A DNA stretch of 64,000 nt from Octopus sinensis (lineage: Eukaryota), in NCBI RefSeq assembly GCF_006345805.1, contig NC_042997.1:122574001-122638000 (forward strand). Direction: 5' to 3'. The position numbers and the translations under genes were made by a program. Below are positions 1 through 13,785 of the stretch, piece after piece (within the stretch, counting starts at the first letter, position 1; each line of letters begins with the position of its first letter). The notes beneath the pieces are model-generated. The model did not search any database and had not been told where the DNA came from. It was given only the letters and a program-made list of their open reading frames with translations.

Positions 1-2846
1 GCCGTTTGCAAAAAAAATAAATAAATAGGTAGATAAATAAATAAAAAATCCATTGTATGTTTACAAATGATTCGTGTATGAAGAATTAAAATTCATAAAT
101 TAGTTTAGAATTTTTGAAAGAATAATATAGTTTGAAATGATCAAATATGAACGCGCATTTTAAAATATTTATGTTTATATTTTACAATGACTTGTTTTAT
201 CAAAATTTCTTGATGCGTTTAGGAACATTACGTTTGTCTTCATATGCATTGTAATATTTTTGCATCAACTCATTTACGTAATTATGTCATCCTGGACTCT
301 CTCGGTGTATATATTTCAGTTTCATTTCAGGATATTTCAGTAATATGAGAAGCGCATATTATTTAATACGGCAATACCCTACAGAGATTTCGCTTCCTGA
401 TTACGTCCAAGATCCGTAAATATAATAGAGAAAATGATAAACGAATGGTATTCCTCAGGGAATGAATAGAAATTTTAATGCAGAATGAAGATTAGCAGAA
501 GAATTTTAGGAGAGGACTAGAAAGGGAAATACTTTAATTACAGTATTATTGAATTTCGATATTCCTCAACGTTTGAGAAAGTTGACATTTCGTTAATGCG
601 AAGAAATCATTAATATGAAACAACTCATAATTCAGCACATATGAAATGATCTACACATTTTCCCCGTGGCTTAATAAATGTAATATCTGGAAAAACATAT
701 TCAGATGTATTAATATTTTTGACTGAATTGCTATAATTAAAAAAAAAGTAGAATTAGTAGTAATTCATCCAGCTTTAATTATACCTGGTTAATCGTACAA
801 CAATGGTCATCTAAATATTGTACTTTAGTCATTGAATTCGAGGTGATATTCAAGAAACACAAGCTATTCAGCTTTCATTTCAGTATTACCATCCATCGAA
901 ACAAATGTACAGTTCTGCTGCTAGCAGATTTATAAACTCTAGTAAGCCCTAGTATTTTATAACACTAGGAATATCAATAAAGTCCAATGAATCTGTGGGA
1001 AGGGTTTTGCTTCTTAAAAACGTAGTATATTTGCGCTGGTATAGTATAGAGCATTTGCAAATTGGCTTAGTATCCAACGCATACATTGTATCCGTACAAT
1101 CGATGCTTAACTTTTAAAATAAGAGAACGTTAAGATCAAGTTATATTCTTAAATAAATTTAGCATTTGAAACACTGGATACTTAAATATTATATAATCAT
1201 CGTAGCAAATAATTGTATTTAATTCATGCCTGACATATAATCATGAGTAATTAAATGATGCTGGTCATATAATTAATAATATTTAATTCCTGTTCGTAAT
1301 ATAATTGCTAGTAGTTAATGTGTTCCCATCATATAATTGATAACAGCTAATTCACACCACTGTTGTAATGTAATACTGGCTAATTCCTTTCCACAATGTT
1401 GCCTTCTATGATGAAGGTCCATAGGTATTATTCTATTATTCATTGAGCCTAATCTAAAATATTGAAATTGTATTCACTTATTTAATGCTGAAAGAATGGA
1501 AGAATATGACGAAGAGTTAAGAAAAGAAATTCAACTAAGATTCAAATCAGGTATTATATTTCCTTTAGCCATGCATTTTCATCTCTAACATTTCATCTCA
1601 TAGATTTCATTTTATGAAAACTTCGTTGAACGATCTCGTAATATAACAACAATATATTGCATTTGTACAACTTCTGTTTACATAAATTAATGAAAAACAC
1701 CAGAATAAATCAATAAAATTAAATCCAGAATCATATCCGCTCTAGGGACATTACATCTGTTAAAAATAGTAGCCAAAAATCAAAATAGCTTTCAGATCTC
1801 ATCCTAACTTCTTGGAAAATGATAACAATTGTTTTCATTTCTTAGGCTTTATCAACAATTTAACAAACACGTGGTTGTTGTAAACCGAAAGAAAGCTCAA
1901 AGAGAGACTAGTTTATAGCAGTATAGAAAATCAAAGATGCTACTTAGTAAGAGAAAATGAGAGGTTATAGTTCAAACACGTTAGCTAATATACACCTAGA
2001 TCTAAACTATGGGTTAGTAACAGAACGAGCATTATTAACCATGGATCTACTTAATGTGTATCTGGTTTATGCTCTATGTAGGCACTGGATCCTAAACAAT
2101 AACAAAAACTATAACACAAGAAATCGAGGAAATGTAGTTGTATTACATTTTTACAAACATCATATTCATAAATTTGCAAAACAGAATTGAAAATATGTTC
2201 TATGACTTTAATGCACTAACACTAACAATTCTGTTCGCAAAAATGTTGATTAATTTTAAGGTGATCAATTCGTAACTGTGACAACGTATGTCGTAAATTC
2301 AGCAACAGAAGTATGCTTTTTTTTTCCTGCCAATAGTTTAAAATAGCAAAACAATACTAATCAAGAAAACTGGCGAAGATATGCCTTGAAAAAATAATCG
2401 TGCACCGAATTCAAGTTTGGTATCAATGTTTTACAGGAAGAAGAGTGTTGGAAAGTACCTACCGAATTTCCCCCTTAAAATGAGACTAATTATTTTATAT
2501 AATTATTATGATATAAAATACACAAATAACGAGTTATGAAAAAGATGAACGTTATTATGTTCATTATTATAATAGTGAAGAATAAGGAGGATGGTGGCCA
2601 TATAACAAGTGCTACTGGTGACAGAGTAATAGGTAGAAGGCATAAAGTGTAACGCGAGTGTGATGAGATGTGAAAACCGGTGTCAGGAAGAGAAGCGAAC
2701 TGTTAATTCCTATTAAATATACACTCGCCTGTTTGTGTGTATCGGGGGGATATATATGTCTATATGCAAGTATATGTGTGTTAAAATTGCCAATGAAACA
2801 CCCATGTGGGAAAAACTGGCAGTAATACATATCCTTTTAAAATTAA

Positions 2847-3055
2847 TTTCTACTCTAGGCACAAGGCCTGAAATTCAGGAGGAGGGACCAGTCGATTAGA
2901 TCCACCCCAATGCGCAACTGATACTTAATTTATCGACCCCGAAAGGATGAAAGGCAAAGTTGACCTCGGCGGAATATGAACTCAGAACATGAAGACAGGC
3001 GGAATACTGCTAAGCATTTCGCCCAGCGTGCCAACGTTTCTGCCAGGTCACCGCC
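2847..3055 (-). mobile_element. tRNA-derived SINE, family A (Meta-like central domain)
   Basis: Minus strand reads GGCGGTGACCTGGCAGAAACGTT (A-box-like) ... GAGTTCATATTCC (B-box-like) ... GCCTTTCATCCTTTCGGGGTCGATAAATTAAGTATCAG; same family at 10068, 17257, 41129. Confidence 0.85.
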
Positions 3056-5214
3056 GATGTCTCCTAGATGCTAACATATCCCTTGAAAATTGAGAAGGGA
3101 ACATTAGCGGAGAGAGAAATCGTAGATTCCCACAGAGATTTTAATTCTTATAGTTTTAATTCGTAGTTTTGAATATTTTTTGGTTCAATGTGAGTGAGTG
3201 TCTGCGTGTTTGCATGCACATATTTATGCAAGTGTTTGAGCTTTAATTTGTTCATAAATTTGATGTGTACGTGCAAGTGAGTTGCAGTGATGGTAACTAG
3301 AATGAAAACGGATGGATCAAGAAGCTCAGTGATGTATGCGCGTGCGCGAATGTGTGCGTGTATAATATGGATTTCATTATGACATATTCCTTGCAGATAA
3401 AATATGATTCGATAATCTAAATATCCATGAATTTAGCTGCTGTAAATAAAAGAGCGTCTTCTTTGTTCATAGAAATCAAATTACATTTGATTTCTATAAT
3501 ATGTTCGAGTAATCAGGACGAATATGTGACCCTGGAAGGATGCATTTATTCTATGTATTATTAGGTTTGCACCTTCCAACCGGGAACACATAATTCCCAT
3601 ACATTTCAGAAAATTTAGTGACGTTATTGTATCATGAACTCAACGTATTGCCATCCATATTAAGTTCAGTTGTTTAGAATTTCGTTTCACATTTGTTAAT
3701 ATGAACACATTTGTCACATATCGTATGAATAATGTGTTATATTTGATTGATATTCAAGAAAACGCTTCAAAAATTCTGCAGAGAATGTTGTAGAGGACTC
3801 TCGTAAAATATACACTTTCATTTAGCATTGAAGATCTTTTATTGCATTTTGCAGCGGTTTTGAATATTGAGAAGGCGTAAATCTGCTTATTTATGCGCGA
3901 TGAATTAGGAGATCCCTTAATGTAACTCAATAAAATGTATATTATATTCAGGTGAGCGAGATATTTATCATACATAAATACAAACATTGTTGAAATTAGG
4001 ATTTGGTAAAAAGAGAATTGGTTTAGAAGCGTTTAGGAGAACAAAGAGAAATATATAATATAGCATAAGAGATAATAATTAGGATACGTTTTCCATAGAA
4101 ACACCGAGTATTATATGAAATTGAAAATGAATACAACTCAATTAAATGTACAATTATTATAAAAATTTGAGTAAGCATAATATACTTCAAAAGCCACGAT
4201 ATAAACTTCAGTTGCATTTCAATACGGTCAAACTCTCAAACGTAGTTTGTATTTTATGAGCTTATTTGCAATATATTTATTTACATTGTATTTGACCTTC
4301 GCCTCAGTTCAGATCGGATAATCATAGGTTACTATGCATAGGTAAACATGATTATCCACACAAAGTAGTGTATGTACTACAGACTAAAACAGCTTTCATA
4401 AATAATTCCATTTTCAAAGTTACGAACCGTGATTATTAGCGATATTTCAAAGCAAAATTTTTGAAATGCAAAATCGGATAATGAACAGTTTCTGTACCGT
4501 AATTCAAACACAGAACAGAAATGATAACAACACAGATGGCAGCTCCAGCAACAACAGCGGCATCAACAACATCTCCAGGTCCTGAACCAATCGAAGATGC
4601 GCCAGTAATGCGAGCACAACTAACACCCATGCCTGGAAATATATCATGTCAGCCGGGACGGCCTTCAAGCGGCACCTGTACAACAAAAGGTCCTCTTTCA
4701 AGATATCTATTACAAAAAGATAAGATATTGAACATTTATTATGCACTAGAAAGGAGAAAGCTAATTCAAAGGCTAGAACTGTAAAAATATCTGAAACTTG
4801 CTAGAAATATACCATTTAGAAATATATGACTATTAGCATGAGAATACATACAAATCTGTACATAGAGACATAGATACACATATACACACATACATACATA
4901 CATACATTCATACATACAAACAAACGAAAATGTCCTGTTGCTGATGGGGAAATACCACTGAAGGAGCCTTGGATCTAGGTTAGAAACCAATTCTTTCTCT
5001 GTTGGCAAGAAATCTAGAAATAACCTGAATAACGACATACATACATATATATCATTAGCTAACGGTTAATTTCTCAGATGCAGCACGAAGTTTTGTCGCG
5101 GTTTAAAAGCGACGAAAATATTTTGACACAAATGAAATTTAAATGCTGAAGTGAACCTAACAGTTTTTGTGTGTTCTTGAATGACTTACAAACATCTTCC
5201 TCGCTGCAATCTTT

Positions 5215-5386
5215 CTATTGTGAACAGGAATTTTATACCGAGACGACAACATAACATTTTTATATGACTGTATATTTGTCTGTGAGTGTATGTGTGTAAG
5301 TGTATGAGTGTGCATGTCTCATAGTTTGTGTTTCTTTCCACGTTAGGTACGTTTTTAAGCATACACACACGCACACACACACACAA

Positions 5387-5439
<53 letters not shown>

Positions 5440-5960
5440 GGTACGTTATTAAACACAAACAATATACATATACACATACATATGTGGCATTTCATAGAGA
5501 TAACTTTTCTGTTGTCAACAGGACATTTTATACCACGACGTCAACGACATCATATTTTGTATATGACTGTGTATCAGTCTTTGAGTGCATGTAAGTGTAT
5601 GGGTGTGCATATGTCTCATAGTCTGTGTGTCTTTCCGTGTTAGGTACGTTATTTAACGCAGACACATCTGCACATACATATACATATGTAACGACTGACA
5701 TACGTGAATGTATATCTCTGTGTGGATATCTTACTATAAATATGAGAGTGTGTGTCAGGAACATTTTATATCACAACGACGATGTTGACAACGTCACATT
5801 TTGTATATGTATATGACTATATCTGACTGAGTGTATGAGTGTGTATGTATCTGTGACTGTGTGTGTTTCCGCGTTCCGTACGTAATTAAACATACACACA
5901 CAACTACACACACATATACTTATGTGAGCACTGACATGCCTGAATGTATGTATGTGAGTT
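5215..5960. repeat. Three diverged tandem copies of a ~240-295 bp unit containing CA/TG microsatellites
   Basis: Anchor CAGGA(C)ATTTTATA recurs near 5226, 5519 and 5757, each followed by ATATGACT..GTG and GTT(A/C)(G/C)GTACGT blocks. Confidence 0.75.
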
Positions 5961-6731
5961 CTAGAGGTGAAACACTTGAAAAGAAAAAAAAGAAAACAAT
6001 GAGGTGGCAAGTTATATATAAAAATAGACATTTACTTTTTCATCACCAGTTAATGATTTCTGCAGCAGTTACAATTTACCTTTACATATTTACCTTTACA
6101 TTACGAAATTTATCATCTCTCTATATAGATAATTCTTGGGCTCTCCGCAATAATTATTGTGACATTTATCGTTAAATTATTAGTTCCATACATGTGCTTC
6201 TATTTCATTCATTTGCTTATATTTCGTTAACTTACACTGCATGCAAAAATACAGACATACTTTATACACACCACGCGGTAAGCCATAATGCCTCTTTTTT
6301 TCATATTGTCGTGTGCCTGCATAGGCTTTATGGTTCTTTTTTTACAGCCACTCCAGCAATCGAATGTCAACCCTTCGCCTTCTGCAACATTTCAACAGTT
6401 CACTTCCCCGTTGCTGTCTCCCATTGCAGCCCAATGGAGATATTTACGTATAATATCTCCATTACACCTCCATTCATTTCACTGCCAACCATACAAATAG
6501 CCGTGTTAAATGCAACGCTGACTGCCTCAAAAGCAAGTATATCCACTGACAGCTTTTCCGTGGGCTCCAAAATTACATACCCCCACCCCAAATTATCTAT
6601 TAGAAGTTAGGGCAGTGAACCTTCCAAATGAAGGTATGGCATGTCGCTTAGTGGAATCACACCATTATTTACTCCACAAAAGTTTTGTCGTCAATGCTGC
6701 ACTTTTCCGTATCACTTGTTTCAACATAACT

Positions 6732-6741
6732 GTTATATATA

Positions 6742-6816
<75 letters not shown>

Positions 6817-6833
6817 CATACATACATACATAC

Positions 6834-6869
<36 letters not shown>

Positions 6870-6870
6870 C
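6732..6870. repeat. (TA)n/(TACA)n microsatellite
   Basis: Direct reading. Confidence 0.95.
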
Positions 6871-6877
6871 ACAAACT

Positions 6878-6915
6878 ATACCAATACTGAGCAACGCCGG
6901 GTATCTTTGGCAGTG
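6878..6915 (+). mobile_element. Possible decayed Helitron-type 3' terminus
   Basis: GAGCAACGCCGGGTATCTTTGGCAGT resembles the GAGCAACGCCGGGTA...CTAGT end I recall for non-autonomous Helitrons; CTAG is degraded and no matching 5' end was found. Confidence 0.3.
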
Positions 6916-9798
6916 AAATATATATGTAGGTAGAGGAAGAGAGAGGGAGAGCAAAAGAGAATGTGAGAGAATAATGTAGGTAAAACCCAACGTATATTTA
7001 TTCCTCTTTATGACACTCATTTTCATACCAATTTTAAATCCTTCCCATCTCTTTTTCTATGAATTTCTACTTTGTCAACTTAGATCAATTTACTCTCGCA
7101 TATCGTTTATAATTCTAACTCCTTACTCTACTTAAAAACACATTCTTATATTTACATCATTAAGAAATTTGGAAACAGACAGACATCTCTGAAATTCAAC
7201 AAAAATTCCCAGCAGCATTATCTATATTATTTGATGAAATTAAATTTCTGTGCACTTTATGCATACAGGTAGACGAAACAAAACAAAATTCTTCTTTCTG
7301 TTGTAGACTTCCAAAGAGACACGTGTGTATTATTCTTACAAGTAATATAATATTCAGTGCTTATTGAATATAATTTTCCATAACACATGTTAAATATATT
7401 TTGTACTTAGAAAGGAGTGCTCTGGAAATTTAATGAACTTACAATATTTAAGAAAATAACTCAGAACTGTAGACTACAATAAAATTACACCGAGGTTTAT
7501 CAAGTTAAAATAGATAATGTTTTAAGAAAGCGTAAAAATAAATTATAACACAGCTGCAATACAGAAAATTGAAGGTAATTTTAGTTAATGTGAAAATCAG
7601 TGATTAATCAATTTTCTTGTTCTCAGAGGGTAATTTAGAAACATAGATTATAGAACCAGTTACCGTGTGGTTTCCTTTTCAATAAAATTTGAGCGTACTT
7701 TGAGCATGTGTCTTCCACTATAACTTTGATACAATCATTGACTCCTGAGGAAATTCGGGAGACTTAGAAACGTGTAGAAGCCCGGGACTTTACACAGGAT
7801 GTTTGGGCTAAATTTGACGAATTTTTATGACACCTTTTTCTGGAACAGATTGGTGTTCTGATGAAAGAACAACATAGAAATTACAGTTGCAGTAGAGAAA
7901 AAGTTAGCCGAATGGAAGACAGGAAACCATCTGTTACTTGTATCATGATTTAGGCCTACCATCTTTGAAGAGGAACATAGGTTCAATTCAGACAGCTATT
8001 TGAAGCTGCTAGAGACTGTGTTCAATATATCTAGATGCATGCTCTTGTGCGTTCTCTTCCACCTTCAGCTGAAAGCAACAAATCTGTCACTCCGAATGCG
8101 ATAAATATAATTTGTTCTATTAGAACGGCAAACTATACGTACTGTGATGAGAATAAATCTTGGCTGAGCTAGAATGAAATAAACACAGTCCCGCAACGCA
8201 GCGTGAATCATGTAAAACCATATTTAGTACGTTTGAGCTATCTAGAAAGGCGTTTAATAAGGGGCTGTGAAAGGCAGATTTGGCTGACGGAGCTGACACG
8301 TAACAATGCAAAAGCTCTTGCGTTCTGCGATCTGAAAACAACATTCATTGTTGCCGAGGAAGCTCACTCGGGCCGACTTGTAATCTTTCGCTAGTGACAC
8401 CGGCCGCGGACGCGTAGTTCATTTTCCATTACAATCCTGTTTTTATTCGGAGGTCGGTTTAATCATTCTCTGGTATGTGTTTCCCTTCCTTCGTTTGACA
8501 AAATAGAAAGAAGGTAGCATTTGTTCACACAATTCCTCCAAGAAGTAGTCTGGAATTACATATTGGGAGTCGTAAACTTCCCTATTTTACTCATTGTGTA
8601 AAAACAGAAATCCACAAAGGAAAACAATTCACCCTTAAACTGGGGGAATTCGCACAGAAACCTGCTGAAGCAGGCAATATGTCCAAGAAACATAGAAAGC
8701 ATCTAATCCCAAAAGGAAAACCTACACGTCCGTTCGGTCGGGATTCTCTTAAATGCCATTTTCCCCACTTTTAGTCCGTAGTACCGAGGTATGAGTGTTT
8801 AGTTATTGTATGTTTGCCATTATTCCTTATATTACCCATGGTAGCAATACGATATTTTTAACATTACCAGTTATATACAAGGTAACACTCTGATGCCTAT
8901 ATAATGATTGCCAATTACGTTTAATCCTATATAATATCTGTACTAATTTTACTAATTTAAATAAACGTGTTGACATATCATAAATTTCAATATAATCACA
9001 TTTCTTTGTTAAAGACTATTAAAATCTATTTAACAGTTAACGCTTGCGTGTGTGCATATGAATCTAGTAAAGGCTGATCAATATGTTTCATGTTAATTTC
9101 CAACTTCTAACGTGAAGGGTATTTAGTTAATATAGTGAGGAATTAATGCTCTTCGACTTTATATTAAGGGAAAAAGATTGAACTTGCAAATACTGTATAT
9201 TATTTTATTTATTTATGGTGGTTTTCGTGCTTTATTTGCGTCAGTGTTTTCGTTATTAACATCCTCTTCCTAACATCGTCGTCATTAATGTGACACTTCT
9301 AACACATCAACTGCTGGAACATTTTACATTAGGCAAATGTTATTCAATAACCGTTACACTAACCATATTATTTACAGCAGGGTAATACCTATAACTATGT
9401 TTGCATTTAAGGAAATAACTAGTATTCGAACAACCAAAATTCCACAAAAAATTGTCAGCAAACGTTCGATATAAAGGGAATTATGTCCTTAGCAGTAATT
9501 AGTGCATTCGTAAAATATTAACATGCATTTATAATAGGCATTATCATACATAAATATATTATTAGCAGAACCTAAAGAAAAATTTGCAATGTAAAGCTGC
9601 TTTTGTAACAAATATATGTATGCAAGGTTTCCTATTAAATAGCACCTTTCAAAAAACTGATGAATAGGTGTTAAAGCTTCTATCAAATGGAAACTTAAGG
9701 TAACGTATGTTGCACATTAAAATGTATGCAAGAATTTATTATGATATTACTTTTAGTAGCACAGTATTCAAACTTATAATCTACGCGCAAAATTTATA

Positions 9799-9828
9799 AC
9801 AAGTTATTACAAGCTTGTAATAACTTGT
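9799..9828. repeat. Perfect 30-bp palindrome
   Basis: ACAAGTTATTACAAG|CTTGTAATAACTTGT is exactly self-complementary. Confidence 0.95.
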
Positions 9829-10067
9829 AATATTATAAGCTATTACAAGGCAACTTGTGATGTGTCATTCCACTGAGTACACATTCAGAATGTGTGGTGC
9901 TGAACATAGAGATGCGTCAATATAAACGACAGAATTTCGATTTCAGTTCAGTTATTTTACTATCTTGGTGGTGGTTAAGTTAAGCCCTTACACTCACACA
10001 CCAAACATCACATACATATAGAATAATGCATTATTAAGCACACACATGCATAATAATGATTTCAAAT

Positions 10068-10266
10068 TTTGACTCAAGGCCTGTAATATAAGGGGAGGGG
10101 TAAGTCAAATACATCGACCCCAGTACTCAACCAGTGATTATTTATCGACCAAGAAAGAATGAAAGGTAAAATCGACCTCAGTGGTATTTGAACTCAGAAC
10201 GTGTGGACGGACGAAATTCCGCAAAGTATTTCGACGGGCGTGCCAGCGATATTGACAGCTCACCGT
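10068..10266 (-). mobile_element. tRNA-derived SINE family A, diverged
   Basis: Aligns by eye with the 2847-3055 copy (ATCGACC..GAAAG.ATGAAAGG.AAA..CGACCTC.G.GG.ATTTGAACTCAGAAC). Confidence 0.8.
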
Positions 10267-10445
10267 CATATTTTTCAGCGATCTAACATTTAGATAATAA
10301 TGCCACTCAATTTATATATACACACACAAAAGAAAATGAAATACCCTACTCATATACATACCGCAACACAACGCCCCATATACCCGTCATCAAATTCATA
10401 CATACGCTAGCGAATATAACCAAAGGTGATTTGTAAGCCAAATTT

Positions 10446-10446
<1 letters not shown>

Positions 10447-10540
<94 letters not shown>

Positions 10541-10551
10541 CATATATATAT

Positions 10552-10603
<52 letters not shown>

Positions 10604-10641
10604 ATATATAATATATATACATATATATATATATATATATT
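10447..10641. repeat. (TA)n microsatellite
   Basis: Direct reading. Confidence 0.95.
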
Positions 10642-10789
10642 TGCATGTGTTAACATGGACCCTCTCTCCACAAAATGAAAAAATATCCGGAGAGAAGGTC
10701 TTTCGGAACGCTAATGGATAGGCATTCGCGTTATCAAAAATTTAACAATCAGAGAAATAAAAGTCGGAAGAGAAACTGCAGGTTATCTC

Positions 10790-10935
10790 AACGTCCAGGG
10801 TTTGACGCAGTTACATCAACCCTGAGATATACAAGACAAATTAAATTTTATCTCGATATAAAATGAACTCAGAGCGAAACCTCGAAAGATATAGTGCTAG
10901 GCGTTTTATCCAATCGTCAAAAATCCTACCAATAA
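10790..10935 (-). mobile_element. Highly decayed SINE family A fragment
   Basis: TGAACTCAGAGCG, TGCTAGGCGTTT and CATCAACCCTGAG match family A blocks. Confidence 0.45.
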
Positions 10936-11939
10936 TAATTATAGATTCAGACTATGTTATTCTACATTTGAGACATGCTGAGTTACCGAAAGTTTCATAC
11001 TTTTCTTTACATGAAATTTCTTTTTGTTAGTCTACTTTTGAAACATTTTCACAAAATAGTCGCTTCCGGAAAAAAATAAGTTCTTGAATTCTTTCCATAT
11101 ATTTGTTAGAATTGGCAATCTGCCAATCATACAGGAAGATTCACATAAGAAAAAGAAAACGGTAAAATATGTATACCAATGTTTATAGGATCATCACTTG
11201 TTAAATTGGTTTCGACCAAACTCCACATATCTACCTGCTTCAAATTGCTACATAATTCAATATGGCGTTCATGTACTGTAAATGATGAATTGCAGCAAAT
11301 TAAATGGAATATGAACGGCATCACGCTAACCGGTCTTCGAATAAAAGACACACACATATACTCTCACAAACTCGTCGCACACACAGGCATTTACAGGAAC
11401 ACACACACACACAAATTCTATCACGCATAAATATTTGTATGTATATAAGTATATACTTGCACACATATTTTTTACTCTTTTAAGATTTGTCTTGTTTCTA
11501 TAAAATATACTTCACTTAATTCTGTTGACTTGTGCTGTAGTATCATAGTTAAAGGCCAAAGAATTTTAAACATTGAACATATTTTGAGCAATTCATTGTC
11601 TTGCAAAATAAAAAAAAATGTTCTTTTGGATACCAACCCGTTCTTTTTAGTACTGTTTTGCATTCTGACTTATTTAATAATCATAACGTGACTGATATGT
11701 ATCATGCAGAAAAAGAGAACTTTTCGAAAACACCTCATTCATTCAATAAACTTTCATAGAAATAAATAATTATAAGGCATAATTCTGCTATGCAATATTA
11801 AATGACATATTTCATTTAAACGGCGTATAAGAGCCATTTTCATGTATGAACATATTACGATCATGAGCACAACACTTCCATGTGAGCTCGCTTTCGAACA
11901 TTACTGATAACTTCCAATCCTGTTCAAACCCTGAATGAT

Positions 11940-12110
11940 TGTGCTGTCGCATGAACGGTTCATCGGCGACTAAAGCGGTTAACTCCATCAAGTTTACTTG
12001 CTTGGTGAGCAGGGTGATTTATTGAACACAACCCGCTAAAAGGCAGAGAAACTCAAGAGAGTTGGCAACCATCCAATAATATGTGAAAGAAGATCCCCTA
12101 GATGTTAGGG
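11940..12110 (+). repeat. Interspersed repeat fragment, same family as 56705-57250
   Basis: CTTGCTTGGTGAG(C/G)AGGGTG(A)TTTATTG and AAAGG.AGAG.AACTC..GAGAGT...CCATCCAATAA are shared with ~56800-56900. Confidence 0.65.
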
Positions 12111-12855
12111 TGTTGCTCTCACGATCGCAATATCATGATTACTATTCGCCGACCGACTAAGCCTTATGATCTTATTTAAAACACTTAATTTTCCGTTGTC
12201 CTATTTAAATCAGCTCTGAATCAGTAAACGTGTAACTGATTGGCATAAAAGTGTGAGGCTGTGACTGAGGAAAAATTACCCGAAATGAGGCCTCGAGAGC
12301 TACGTTTTTTATTCAGCAATAAAAAGACGGATAGTAAAACCTAGTCGGAATTAGGTGTTCAACCTGGTCGAAGGATAACGATAATGATGCTGCTGCTGTG
12401 ATGATGATAACGAGGAAGCTGCTGAGTAACTTCGACTGAGTACACAATTATGAGTATTAGCGTCAATTGTATACACACTATATAGTGCTGTTACGATATA
12501 TTCATATAAAATAATGCCATGTAAACAAATGAAAATAAAATGTTGACAATACAGCATTTTTGTAGAGCAGATTCAAACAGAATCATCATCGTATGCAATA
12601 GATGCATATAGCTCTTTATAAAACAGAAAGTAATAAAGCCACATCGTTCGTTAACCAGGAAATAAAACGAAGCAGTTTAGAGGAAATTAATAATATAAAT
12701 TGCAATTAAATATTTCATAGATATTTCAACATTATTTATTGGAAAACAATTTACTGGCAATAGATTCGAATCAGTATAAGATCCTCTGAAGAGATGCACC
12801 ACGAACCCTAGATGATGAAACAAAATGGATTATATACGATTTTGATGTACAGCTT

Positions 12856-12896
<41 letters not shown>

Positions 12897-12933
12897 TATA
12901 CACACACATATATATATATCTATATATATATAC

Positions 12934-12970
<37 letters not shown>

Positions 12971-12975
<5 letters not shown>

Positions 12976-13332
12976 CAACAATTGAGGGCAAAATTAATTA
13001 ATATTAATCAATTTCACCAAGTGTTCAGTATGCAAAGGGACCATCAAGGCGAATTCAAATTATTACATTATATAAAAGGCTTAGTAAATAAAATACTTTG
13101 CCGCATACTGAACTCATTAGAAATAGCAACTAAAAAACTTTTTTAAAGCTATTTCTAATACTTAAAGAAAATCTCTCTCATATATAGTGTTTGCTTAATT
13201 CAACTCACAAAAGTTTGGGGGTAAGGACATCGAAAAATCAAGTATTAGAATAGCTTTAAAAAAGTTTTTAGCTGCTATTTCTAATGAGTTCAGTATGCGG
13301 CAAAGTAATTTATTTTACTAAGCCCTTTTATA
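12971..13332 (-). mobile_element. Small inverted-arm element between (TA)n tracts
   Basis: Arms 13071-13163 and 13240-13332 (~93 bp, few mismatches), 76-bp spacer, ~100-bp extension on the left arm, (TA)n on both outer sides. Confidence 0.7.
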
Positions 13333-13423
13333 TAATATATATATATATATATATACACACACCACACACACATATATATATAATATATATATATATAATA
13401 TATATATATATATATACACACAC

Positions 13424-13454
<31 letters not shown>

Positions 13455-13785
13455 ATACACATATATATATTTGTATACATATATATACATATATGGGGAA
13501 AGTGAGAAGATAAAAGAGAAAATGCACTTTGGATAGAAAAGAAAATAAAGGCTTTTTTTATGAAAAGTAACGAGAAATATACACAATTAGATGAACTGAG
13601 GTAGAATTAAGAGTAATAAAATTCGTTATTATGAATTGTTAAAGTGATTCAAAGTCGTACGCGTTTCGCCAAATGCTATTCACAGGTTTTGAATGCGCAC
13701 CAATTATCAAACTGTGTTGGGTCTACTAGTCCCTGAGTAAAAAGATTATGTGTAACGACGGTTTGTTGTTCAGGATGTGATGCAA

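Noticed and set aside
290-1900. Coding-looking AT-rich stretch; considered a decayed ORF, NUMT or alternative genetic code
   Set aside because: All frames have frequent mixed stops (TAA, TAG and TGA), and no motif was recognised under standard, mitochondrial or ciliate readings.
4521-4784. 87-aa T/A/P-rich ORF in a small GC-richer island
   Set aside because: In-frame stop just upstream, no convincing splice pair and no recognisable domain.
7950-8020. PTIFEEEHRFNSDSYLKLLETV resembles a Tc1-like transposase segment
   Set aside because: Only ~22 aa; flanks do not continue the similarity and no TIR was found.
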